Assembly (NCBI GenBank): GCA_002898175.1 | Contig: BDSW01000099.1 | Location: 1-41,566 of the forward strand | Reading direction: 5' to 3' | Source of the DNA: a bacterium BMS3Abin04 | GTDB lineage: Bacteria > Bacteroidota > Ignavibacteria > Ignavibacteriales > Melioribacteraceae | DNA length: 41,566 nt | In this document: one piece after another, positions 26,892-35,108 of the stretch | How positions within the stretch are numbered: the stretch's first letter is position 1 | Layout of the letters: the number at the start of each line of letters is the position of its first letter | Notes under the pieces: model-generated | Told to the model about the DNA's origin: nothing | Seen by the model: only the letters and a program-made list of their open reading frames with translations | Databases searched by the model: none | Program-made: the position numbers and the translations under genes

Positions 26892-27920
26892 ATGTTGTTA
26901 GAAGGAAATTTAACCTTTATAGTCGTTGTTTCAATAGCTTTTTTATTTTTTATTGGAATATTAACGTTCCTGATAAAGAAAAATATTTTTGAGTCGCAAA
27001 GTTCAGAACCTGCCGAAGAAAAGACTCCCGCAAAAAACGAGGTTAATTCGACAAAAGCGAACAATCTGCTTGAAGAATTGAAACTCGAGAACAGTCAACT
27101 CAGATCTAAACTAGCTTTCCTCGAAGTCAAGCTGGACAAGACAAACGAGAAAATGGAGGAATTAAAAACACATAATTCCGAATTGCAGGCTAAGACAGAT
27201 CAGTTAAACGAAAGCAAGAAAAAACTGGAGGACTTGCAAGAACAAAAAGACGAATTATTATCAATCATTGTTCACGATATTAAAAACCCGGCATCCGCAA
27301 TACGGAATTTTATAGAGCTATTGGAATCTTACGATTTGAATGCGCAAGAGCAGCAAGAAATTATGAGCGGATTGCTTGAGACTTCTACTCATATTCTAGC
27401 ACTCGCAGATGAAGTATCAAAAATTATGAACATAGAAAAAACTTCATTTAAACTTTATCTTAGTCTTAACAATATTAATAAAGCGGTAGATATAATTGCA
27501 AAAAGGAATCAGCCTATAGCTCAAAAGAAGAGTATAAAATTATCTGTAACCGAAGACGAATCAATTCCCGAAATAAGTATGGACTTTAACAAGATAGTAG
27601 AAGTTATAGACAACTTTGTAAATAACGCCATAAAGTTTGCTCCGGAGGGAATACGAATTGAAATAATAACGAAGATAGAAAATAATAATGTTGTAGTAAA
27701 AGTAGCAGATACGGGATACGGACTTTCGGAGACCGACGTACAAAAAGCATTTGAAAAAGGGACCAAGCTAAGCACCAAACCTACCGGAGGTGAAAGCAGT
27801 TCGGGATTAGGGCTCTGGATTACTAAAAAAATAATAGAAGCACACAAGGGAAGAGTATGGGTAAAAAGTCATAAGGGTTCAGGTTCAACGTTTGCATTTC
27901 AAATTCCAATAGTAGATTAA
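26892..27920 (+). CDS. Membrane-anchored sensor histidine kinase (no cognate response regulator adjacent)
   Basis: One N-terminal TM helix and a ~70-aa coiled coil. H-box IVHDIKNPASAI, N-box NFVNNAIKFAP, G1 DTGYG and G2 GLGLWI. Confidence 0.9.
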   Translation: MLLEGNLTFIVVVSIAFLFFIGILTFLIKKNIFESQSSEPAEEKTPAKNEVNSTKANNLLEELKLENSQLRSKLAFLEVKLDKTNEKMEELKTHNSELQAKTDQLNESKKKLEDLQEQKDELLSIIVHDIKNPASAIRNFIELLESYDLNAQEQQEIMSGLLETSTHILALADEVSKIMNIEKTSFKLYLSLNNINKAVDIIAKRNQPIAQKKSIKLSVTEDESIPEISMDFNKIVEVIDNFVNNAIKFAPEGIRIEIITKIENNNVVVKVADTGYGLSETDVQKAFEKGTKLSTKPTGGESSSGLGLWITKKIIEAHKGRVWVKSHKGSGSTFAFQIPIVD

Positions 27921-28270
27921 ACTGCTAAAAATCACAATTAACTATCACTATCTTTTTTACATCGAACAAATGACGCAGATATTTGTTTCTTGTGAACGAT
28001 TTCCACAGTCATTAAACTGTCGTCACTGCTTTAATACTGCATGCCTATTTTTTATTAAACAAATTATTAGTTCAAAGTATATAATGTGCAATTGGGTTTT
28101 CATATTTAAATTGTAATACAACATGTCGTCTATTAGTAATCATAGGATAGTTAAATCGGTAGTGCAGCTAAAAGAGTAAACTTAGAAAGTGACTTGCAAA
28201 TCCTAAGACCGGGCTAATTATTGTATATCTATTCAAATCAGACGTAAAATAATAAAATTAATTTGTGTTA

Positions 28271-28284
28271 TGAGCATATGCTCA
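28271..28284. promoter_or_regulatory. Perfect 14-bp palindrome TGAGCATATGCTCA, candidate operator upstream of the DUF134 operon
   Basis: Read directly and self-complementary. Centred about 40 nt upstream of the MPRPEKNR start at 28318. Confidence 0.4.
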
Positions 28285-28317
28285 TTATATTTAAATGTAA
28301 AAATTAGAGTACTAATT

Positions 28318-28761
28318 ATGCCCAGACCGGAAAAAAATAGAATTGTTTATACACCGCCGTTTTACACAAGGTTTAAGCCGGTGGGAGTTAAAAGTAAGTT
28401 ATTAAAACAAACCCATTTAACATTGGATGAATACGAAGCTTTTCGTTTGGCTGATTTTATTGGTTTATCTCATAACGAAGCAGCAGAAGAAATGGAAATA
28501 TCTCGCTCAACCTTTACAAGACTGATTGAAAAGGCAAGAAAGAAAATTGCCGACTTTGTAGTGCTCGGGAATTTATTAACAATAGACGGCGGAAAAATTC
28601 ATTTTAGAAATAATCTTATCAAGTGTTTGGATTGTGGACATATGTTTAAAATAGATATAGGAACCTCACTAATTAAATGTCCTCAGTGCAAATCTAAAAA
28701 CCTGCTTAATCTTGCCGGCGGGTTTGGTCATGGCGAGTGTTGTATTACAAACAATAATTAA
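28318..28761 (+). CDS. DUF134/UPF0251 DNA-binding protein with extra C-terminal zinc ribbon
   Basis: MPRPEKNRIVYTPPFYTRFKPVG is the family's N-terminal signature. Sigma-70 region-4-like HTH LSHNEAAEEMEISRSTFTRLIEKARKK. C-terminal CLDCGH..CPQCKS four-Cys ribbon. Started at the second ATG; the track's 28270 start adds 16 non-conserved residues and falls inside the palindrome. Confidence 0.8.
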   Translation: MPRPEKNRIVYTPPFYTRFKPVGVKSKLLKQTHLTLDEYEAFRLADFIGLSHNEAAEEMEISRSTFTRLIEKARKKIADFVVLGNLLTIDGGKIHFRNNLIKCLDCGHMFKIDIGTSLIKCPQCKSKNLLNLAGGFGHGECCITNNN

Positions 28762-28773
28762 AGGGAGGTAATT

Positions 28774-28992
28774 ATGTTTGGCAGAAACGAAAGTATTGGA
28801 ACGGGGCGAGGATTGGGAAGAGGTAGCGGACACGGTAGAAATAGCGGGGGGAACTTCGGAACAGGCGGTTATTGTATCTGCGCAAAATGCGGAGAAAAAA
28901 TTCCGCACCAAAGAGGTGTTAAATGTACCACTGTAAAATGTCCTAATTGCAGTCATACTATGGTTAGGGAGGAATTGTTAATTCGAAAATAA
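28774..28992 (+). CDS. DUF5320-family small Gly/Arg-rich Cys protein
   Basis: GRGLGRGSGHGRNSGGNFGTGGYCICAKCG...CPNC. This family is characteristically found beside DUF134 and NifX-like genes. Confidence 0.7.
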   Translation: MFGRNESIGTGRGLGRGSGHGRNSGGNFGTGGYCICAKCGEKIPHQRGVKCTTVKCPNCSHTMVREELLIRK

Positions 28993-29006
28993 ATTTTGAA
29001 GTAGTT

Positions 29007-29360
29007 ATGAAAATATTATTTGCAGCTGATGACGATAATCTCAAAGGAAAAATCGCAAAGCGATTTGGTCATGCTAAGTATTATCTTATCTACGATACGG
29101 AGACTGAAGAATTGAATAGACGAAAAAACTTAGGACACGACGATGAACATTCCGGATTAATAGATTTAGTAAACGAAGGTGTAAAATATTTCATTGTCGG
29201 TAACATTGGTCCAAATGCATTTAAAGTTCTTGACGATAAAAATGCTAAAATTTTTTTAGCGAGGAAATTAATTGTTGACGAAGCGCTTAACAAATTTTTA
29301 AATAATGAACTTGAACAATTAGAGAAACCTACTTTAAAAAAAAGCATCGAAGGACATTAG
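29007..29360 (+). CDS. NifB/NifX-family (dinitrogenase FeMo-cofactor-binding fold) protein
   Basis: KIAKRFGHAKYYLIYDTE at the N-terminus and KYFIVGNIGPNAFKVL in the core. 117 aa. Confidence 0.8.
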   Translation: MKILFAADDDNLKGKIAKRFGHAKYYLIYDTETEELNRRKNLGHDDEHSGLIDLVNEGVKYFIVGNIGPNAFKVLDDKNAKIFLARKLIVDEALNKFLNNELEQLEKPTLKKSIEGH

Positions 29361-29428
29361 GATTAAAGGATAGGTGACATGTACTGAACCGATTGATTTC
29401 TGCAATATTAAAAGTATAGGAGGATATT

Positions 29429-29746
29429 ATGGTAACTATCAAAAACATTTATGATGAATTGGGTTGGGAACCTGCAGACGGATACCCAAAGGGAACAAGA
29501 ATAAAAACATTACGGGACGAAAACGGAGCGCAGACTGTTCTCTTAAAATTGCCGAAAGGGTTTTATATGGAACCACATTCACATTTGTTTAATGAACAGC
29601 ATTTAATTTTAGAAGGAGAATATGAGAGCGAAGGAGAAACATACTCCTCCGGTGCTTTTCGTATTATTCATGCCGGTAAAAATCATGGACCATTTTCTTC
29701 AAAAAACGGAGCAACTGTTTTGGTAATTTGGGATCCTGTAAAATAA
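29429..29746 (+). CDS. Small cupin-domain protein (ChrR-like cupin_7 type)
   Basis: 105 aa. PKGFYMEPHSHLFNEQHLILEGEY ... IIHAGKNHGPF matches the two-motif cupin pattern. AGGAGG Shine-Dalgarno upstream. Confidence 0.65.
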   Translation: MVTIKNIYDELGWEPADGYPKGTRIKTLRDENGAQTVLLKLPKGFYMEPHSHLFNEQHLILEGEYESEGETYSSGAFRIIHAGKNHGPFSSKNGATVLVIWDPVK

Positions 29747-29785
29747 ATTTGGTAAATTGTAAATAACAACAAAAGATTGTGAGAT

Positions 29786-30430
29786 ATGGCTAAAATTGAA
29801 CCCTTTGAAAACCATTCCGAATTATATGAAAAATGGTTCGACAAAAACAAGTATGTCTATTATTCCGAGCTTAAAGCAATTAGGGAATTGTTGCCTAAAG
29901 AAGGAAAGGGGATTGAAATAGGTGTTGGCAGCGGAAGATTTGCATCGCCGCTTGGAATGATATTCGGTATTGAACCGTCAGGTAAAATGCGCCGGTTATC
30001 CGGTGAGAGAGAGCTAATTGTAATAGATGGAACAGCAGAAAATTTGCCGATCGGTTCGGCAACGTTCAATTATGTCCTTATGGTTACAACCGTATGTTTT
30101 CTTGATGATGTGATGAAAGCCTTTTTTGAAGTGAACAGAATATTAAAACTGCACGGAAAATTTATAATCGGATTTGTTGATAAAGAGCGCCCGGCAGGGA
30201 GTGAGTACGCACTTAACAAAGAGCAAAATCCGTTTTATAAACTTGCTACTTTTTATACTACCGAGGAATTACTTTCCTGTATGAAAAGGGCGGGCTTTTC
30301 TAATTTTGAGTTTAGGCAGACAATTTTTGACGATTTGGATAAAATCAAAACGGATGAACCTATTCTTAAAGGATTCGGCAAGGGCTCCTTCGTTGTGGTT
30401 AAAGGCGAAAAAATTAAAGGGATAAAATAA
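29786..30430 (+). CDS. Class I SAM-dependent methyltransferase (methyltransferase type 11-like)
   Basis: Motif I GIEIGVGSGRFA, post-I GIEPS and GTAENLPIGSATFNYVLM. 214 aa. Substrate not inferable. Confidence 0.8.
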   Translation: MAKIEPFENHSELYEKWFDKNKYVYYSELKAIRELLPKEGKGIEIGVGSGRFASPLGMIFGIEPSGKMRRLSGERELIVIDGTAENLPIGSATFNYVLMVTTVCFLDDVMKAFFEVNRILKLHGKFIIGFVDKERPAGSEYALNKEQNPFYKLATFYTTEELLSCMKRAGFSNFEFRQTIFDDLDKIKTDEPILKGFGKGSFVVVKGEKIKGIK

Positions 30431-31404
30431 TGTCGGTTGTTTTTGGCCCTGTACCGTCAAGAAGATTGGGAAAAAGTTTAGGTATTAACAATATCCCTCC
30501 TAAAGAATGCACATTTGCTTGTGTTTATTGCCAGTTGGGAAATACACTAAAGCTGGAAATTGAAAGGAAAGTTTTTTATTCAACAGAAAAAATTGTTGGT
30601 GAATGTGAAAAACATATTAAGCTCTTAAACAGGTCAAACAATAAAATTGATTTCCTAACTTTTGTCCCGGACGGTGAGCCGACGCTCGACCTTAACTTGG
30701 GAACAAGTATTTCCGCTCTTCATAAACTTGGAATAAAAATAGCCGTAATTACAAACTCTTCTTTAACCGGTAATGCCGAAGTTAGGGAGGATTTAAGTAA
30801 AGCCGATTGGGTATCGTTAAAAATTGATACGGTCAATGAAAATACTTGGCATAAAATTAATAGACCTCACGGAAGGGTGAATTTCAGTTCTGTTTTAGAA
30901 GGGGTAAAGATATTCTCAAATGTATTTAATAATTTTCTTGCGACCGAAACTATGCTGGTAAGGGGGTTTAACGATAACGATGATGAACTAAACGCTGCTG
31001 CAGACTTTATTGCAACTTTAAATCCAAATAAAGCTTACATATCGATTCCAACCAGGCCGCCGGCAGAAAATGGATGTGTGCCTCCGGATATAGAAGTGAT
31101 TCATAAAGCATATCAAATATTTAAGTCTAAAGGAATTGATGCCGAGTTAATAATCGGTTACGAAGGAAATGAATTTTCTTCTACCGGGAATTTTGTTGAG
31201 GACATTTTAAACATAACAGCAGTTCATCCGATGCGAAATGATGCGGTTGAAAGTTTGTTGGAAAAAGACGGCGGCATGTCAAGTGATCTGGATAGCCTGG
31301 TTAATTCCGGTGAATTGATCAAATTGAATTATAATCAAGAAGTTTTTTACTTGAGAAATTTAAAGAAATGGCGTAAACGAGAACAAGCGAATCCAAACCA
31401 ATAA
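30430..31404 (+). CDS. Radical SAM enzyme
   Basis: CTFACVYC (CxxxCxxC) 27 residues from the N-terminus, preceded by GPVPSRRLGKSLGIN. The start overlaps the methyltransferase stop (TAATG). 324 aa. Confidence 0.85.
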   Translation: MSVVFGPVPSRRLGKSLGINNIPPKECTFACVYCQLGNTLKLEIERKVFYSTEKIVGECEKHIKLLNRSNNKIDFLTFVPDGEPTLDLNLGTSISALHKLGIKIAVITNSSLTGNAEVREDLSKADWVSLKIDTVNENTWHKINRPHGRVNFSSVLEGVKIFSNVFNNFLATETMLVRGFNDNDDELNAAADFIATLNPNKAYISIPTRPPAENGCVPPDIEVIHKAYQIFKSKGIDAELIIGYEGNEFSSTGNFVEDILNITAVHPMRNDAVESLLEKDGGMSSDLDSLVNSGELIKLNYNQEVFYLRNLKKWRKREQANPNQ

Positions 31405-31449
31405 AAATTCATCTTACCGGTTGCTTTTTAGTAAGTCTTAATTAATTCT

Positions 31450-32478
31450 ATGAAAAGTTTTTCTCAAATAGTAAATCTGTCAATAATTATTACCAGCTTC
31501 GTCTTTACAATGATGATGCTGGTAGAATACTTAAACGTTATTACGCATGGTAAATGGCAGCATAAACTTAGAAAAAGCAAATTCGGTCAGATAGTTCTCG
31601 GTGTTATCTTGGGTACAGTACCGGGCTGCCTGGGCGCCTTTACAGTTGTATCGCTTTACTCGCACGGCGTAGTGAGTTTCGGCGCTTTAGTCGCTACAAT
31701 GATTGCCACCAGTGGTGACGAAGCTTATGTTATGCTCTCTCTCTTTCCTGTTAAAGCTGTATTACTGATGGCAATTATTTCCGTTATTGGGTTTATTGTG
31801 GGATATTTAACCGACCGTTTTTATAAAAAGGAAGTTTTACTTCTTGGGAGTGATGTTCACGGATTTGAATTGCATAGTGAAGATACATATCGTAGTCTAT
31901 CGCTTAATTTGATTAAGAAACAGCTTGTTAATATAACTTTCCCAAGAGCCTTATTAATTGGAATGCTTGTAGTATTTCTTGCATTACTTGCTACCAATTC
32001 AGTTTCTGCCGACGAAGAAAACTGGATAAGAATTTCTTTAGTTATTACAACCGTCTTCGGACTTTATGTTGTATCAACCGTACCCGATCATTTCCTTGAA
32101 AAGCACCTCTGGCAACACGTTTTAAAGAAACATTTATTAAGAATTTTTCTGTGGACTTTCGGAACTCTTCTATTTCTTTATTATCTGCAGTCTTTTCTTG
32201 ATATTGATGCTTGGATACATTCGAATTATTTTATTGTATTGTTAATTGCAGTATCGATTGGGATTATCCCGGAATCGGGTCCACATTTAATTTTTGTTAC
32301 TCTATTCGCTAGCGGAACAATTCCGTTTAGTATTTTATTAGCCAGTTCCATAGTTCAAGACGGGCACGGAACTTTGCCGCTGCTGGCAATTTCACAAAAA
32401 AGTTTTATAATATTAAAAGCAATAAATGTTGTAGTCGGTTTAGCAGCTGGAATAGCCGGGATTCTGTTACATTTTTAA
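31450..32478 (+). CDS. 10-TM putative metal/metalloid exporter (ArsP_2 / PF11449-like)
   Basis: 342 aa, polytopic. The motifs GTVPGCLGAF, ATSGDEAYV, IPESGPHLIF and VQDGHGTLPLL match my recollection of that family. The assignment is from memory only. Confidence 0.5.
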   Translation: MKSFSQIVNLSIIITSFVFTMMMLVEYLNVITHGKWQHKLRKSKFGQIVLGVILGTVPGCLGAFTVVSLYSHGVVSFGALVATMIATSGDEAYVMLSLFPVKAVLLMAIISVIGFIVGYLTDRFYKKEVLLLGSDVHGFELHSEDTYRSLSLNLIKKQLVNITFPRALLIGMLVVFLALLATNSVSADEENWIRISLVITTVFGLYVVSTVPDHFLEKHLWQHVLKKHLLRIFLWTFGTLLFLYYLQSFLDIDAWIHSNYFIVLLIAVSIGIIPESGPHLIFVTLFASGTIPFSILLASSIVQDGHGTLPLLAISQKSFIILKAINVVVGLAAGIAGILLHF

Positions 32479-32741
32479 TTATCAGGAGAAAAATAATGTC
32501 TGTAACTAAAGAAGAAGTTGTTAAGGAAATGGTCTCTGAAAGAATACGGAGTTAGATATCTTAAAACAGCAATGCGAACATTCCTGTCTATGAATTTGAA
32601 TAAAAAGTTAAGTTGTCTCAAAAGTTAAAAATGTTATACTGAATTTATTTCGGTATCTATAATTAATTTTCTAGATTCCGGATCAAACCCGGAATGAGAG
32701 TTATGATCGGCTTATAGCTTGCCGTTCACGATTTACGTTTT

Positions 32742-33002
32742 TTATTTATTAATAGCCTTGGCAGGTTTACCGTTTTTAATCTTTCCGCCTAAAAACTGAC
32801 CGAGAAAAAATGCCGTTACCAGAATAGGATAAGTATAGAGCTGAAAACCCATGCCGGAATATATTCTTAAAAATATAACAATTGGAATTGGTAAATGGAT
32901 TGCTAAAAACCACTTTGGAGATTTACTTACTTGTTTTGCTCTCCAAATGCCGAAAGGTATGTTTACAAGAAAAACCAATAATGCTACTATTGCTACTTTC
33001 AT
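32742..33002 (-). CDS. Small 3-TM membrane protein, unknown function
   Basis: 86-aa ORF with three clear hydrophobic helices and a basic tail. No family recognised. Confidence 0.45.
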   Translation of the reverse strand: MKVAIVALLVFLVNIPFGIWRAKQVSKSPKWFLAIHLPIPIVIFLRIYSGMGFQLYTYPILVTAFFLGQFLGGKIKNGKPAKAINK

Positions 33003-33541
33003 TGTTATCCCAAAAGTTAAAATTGATTAAGCAAAAATACATAATTAATCTGTTTCAACAATACGAAGTCTCGTAATAAATTGAATATAAAATAGATTTT
33101 ATTTAAGTTTTAAGAGGAATTAGAAGTGAATTTTATTATAATAAATAAAAGACGGTATGAACGAAAATAACGAAGTGCAATCGATTATTAAAAAAAGTGG
33201 GAATAGTTTTCATAGTGAAGTAATTACATATTTAAAGGAGCAAAACGGGAGAATTTATTTTTTGGGATAAAAAAAAGAAGATGGAAGCGATAAATTTGAA
33301 GTTAAAATTAAGGAGCAATTTTTTACTGAATTTGTTGAATCTTTTGCTAAGGAACTGATAAATAAAATGCAATTTTAAGGCATTAAATCCATTGACGAAT
33401 CAAATATTTTCCTTTAAAACCATCTCACATCTAACATTTATATAATTTTATTACCTTTGTAACCCTAAAAACATGATGTATTTTTAATAACCGGATTGTT
33501 TGTCTTAAAATAATTCAAAACAAAATAGAAAGTGAAGTAGA

Positions 33542-34789
33542 GTGTTAACGAATATAAATAAAATAGAAGTAATGGCGCCGGTAGGCTCTTACGAAGCTTT
33601 GAGAGCAGCAATAAAAACCGGAGCCGATTCGATTTATTTTGGAATTGAGCAATTAAACATGCGCGCACGCTCATCTATAAATTTTACACTCGATGATCTA
33701 CAAAAGATTTCAGATATATGTAAAGAGAAGAATGTAAAATCCTATATTACTCTCAATACAATTATGTACGATCACGATTTGCAGCTTATGCGTTCAATAG
33801 TTGATAAAGCTAAGGAGTGTGATATTTCAGCAGTAATAGCTTCCGATCATGCGGTTATGAATTATGCAGGAAAAGCCGGAGTGCCGGTTCATATTTCCAC
33901 TCAAGCAAACGTTTGCAATATTGAAACAGTTGAGTTTTATTCAACTTATGCTGATGTAATGGTTCTTGCAAGGGAATTGAGTCTAAAGCAGGTTGCAGAA
34001 ATTACAAGAGAAATTAAAAGAAGAGAAATAACCGGACCAAACGGTGATCTTGTAAAGATTGAAATTTTTGCTCATGGCGCGCTCTGCATGGCAATTTCCG
34101 GTAAATGTTATTTGAGTCTGCATGCTCATTATTCTTCTGCCAACAGGGGAGCTTGCGCACAAGACTGCAGAAAGGAGTATATGGTTACGGAAAAAGAAGA
34201 AGGTACGGAGTTTTTAATAGACAACGAATACATAATGAGCGCAAAGGATTTATGTACGATTGATTTTCTCGATAAAATAATTGACGCCGGAGTTGAGGTA
34301 ATCAAGATTGAAGGAAGAGGTCGTTCTGCCGATTACGTTTATACAACAACTAAATGCTACCGTGAAGCCGTTGACTCTATTGCCGGAGGAACTTACACAT
34401 CAGTAAAAATAGAAAAGTGGAAAGAAGAATTGGCAACCGTTTACAATCGCGGATTTTGGGACGGTTACTATCTTGGTAGAAAAATGGGAGAGTGGAGCGA
34501 TACATACGGTTCTAAAGCTACAAAAAGAAAAGTGTTTTTAGGTAAAGGTGTAAATTATTTTAAAAAGTTAAGTGTCGGTGAGTTTAAATTAGAGACCGAA
34601 ACCTTAAAAGTAGGAGATGAAGTTTTAATTGCAGGTCCAACTACAGGAGTAATTAAAACCCGCGTTAAAGAATTACGACTTGATGATAAACCGGTTGAGC
34701 TGGTGAAAAAAGGAGATAATTTTTCAATGCCGATCGAGGAAGTTATTCGTCCATCCGATAAATTATACAGAATGGAAGATGCCGTTTAA
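33542..34789 (+). CDS. Peptidase U32-family protein (family now known to include the RlhA/TrhP/UbiU-UbiV hydroxylases)
   Basis: KIEVMAPVGSYEALRAAIKTGADSIYFG N-terminus. Cys cluster GALCMAISGKCYLS...ANRGACAQDCR. IKIEGRGRS. GTG start retained because KIEVMAPVG aligns with the usual KPELLAPAG N-terminus. Confidence 0.85.
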   Translation: MLTNINKIEVMAPVGSYEALRAAIKTGADSIYFGIEQLNMRARSSINFTLDDLQKISDICKEKNVKSYITLNTIMYDHDLQLMRSIVDKAKECDISAVIASDHAVMNYAGKAGVPVHISTQANVCNIETVEFYSTYADVMVLARELSLKQVAEITREIKRREITGPNGDLVKIEIFAHGALCMAISGKCYLSLHAHYSSANRGACAQDCRKEYMVTEKEEGTEFLIDNEYIMSAKDLCTIDFLDKIIDAGVEVIKIEGRGRSADYVYTTTKCYREAVDSIAGGTYTSVKIEKWKEELATVYNRGFWDGYYLGRKMGEWSDTYGSKATKRKVFLGKGVNYFKKLSVGEFKLETETLKVGDEVLIAGPTTGVIKTRVKELRLDDKPVELVKKGDNFSMPIEEVIRPSDKLYRMEDAV

Positions 34790-35016
34790 TGTTCAGAATT
34801 ATTCATCACAGACAAAAGTGCATCGGTTGTAATGCCTGCGTAGAAGTGGCTCCGGGTCGTTGGCGGATTTCAAAAAAGGATGGGAAGAGTGTTCTTGTCG
34901 AAGGTAAAGAAAAAAAAAGGATTTATAATGCTCAAGTCAGTGATGACGAACTGGAAGAAAATTTAATTGCCTCACAAAACTGCCCGGTTAATATTATTAG
35001 GATAGAAAAAAGATAG
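34789..35016 (+). CDS. Small single-cluster ferredoxin
   Basis: 75 aa with CIGCNACVEVAP ... NCPVNII (CxxCxxC...CP). The start overlaps the U32 stop (TAATG). Confidence 0.75.
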   Translation: MFRIIHHRQKCIGCNACVEVAPGRWRISKKDGKSVLVEGKEKKRIYNAQVSDDELEENLIASQNCPVNIIRIEKR

Positions 35017-35103
35017 AACACGGACAACGCAGATTAAATGGATTTGCAGGGATTAGGTTAATAACTGTATAAATCATAATCTCCCGCGTCGTCCGTGTTC
35101 TAT
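35013..35103. terminator. Long imperfect palindrome between convergent genes (probable bidirectional terminator)
   Basis: The arms ATAGAACACGGACAACGC (35013-35030) and GCGTCGTCCGTGTTCTAT (35086-35103) are complementary at 17 of 18 positions. The ~55-nt interior has further partial pairing. Confidence 0.4.
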
Positions 35104-35108
35104 TAAAT

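Noticed and set aside
28120-28240. tRNA-like look of AGTTAAATCGGTAG ... ACTTGCAAATC in the spacer upstream of the DUF134 operon.
   Set aside because: I could not build a cloverleaf. There is no GTTCGAATC-type T-loop, no matching acceptor stem and no proper D-stem pairing.
32497-32556. 19-codon ORF MSVTKEEVVKEMVSERIRS* with a good AGGAG Shine-Dalgarno sequence, right after the exporter gene.
   Set aside because: It is too short to call and no motif was recognised. It could be the truncated start of a lost gene or a chance ORF.
33157-33390. Short ORFs MNENNEVQSIIKKSGNSFHSEVITYLKEQNGRIYFLG* and ...KKEDGSDKFEVKIKEQFFTEFVESFAKELINKMQF*, possibly remnants of a restriction-endonuclease-like gene, with an A8 tract between them.
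   Set aside because: The resemblance to G..FE..V...L...G nuclease N-termini is weak and the fragments are very short. I cannot support a pseudogene call without a database search (tblastx of 33100-33420 would decide).
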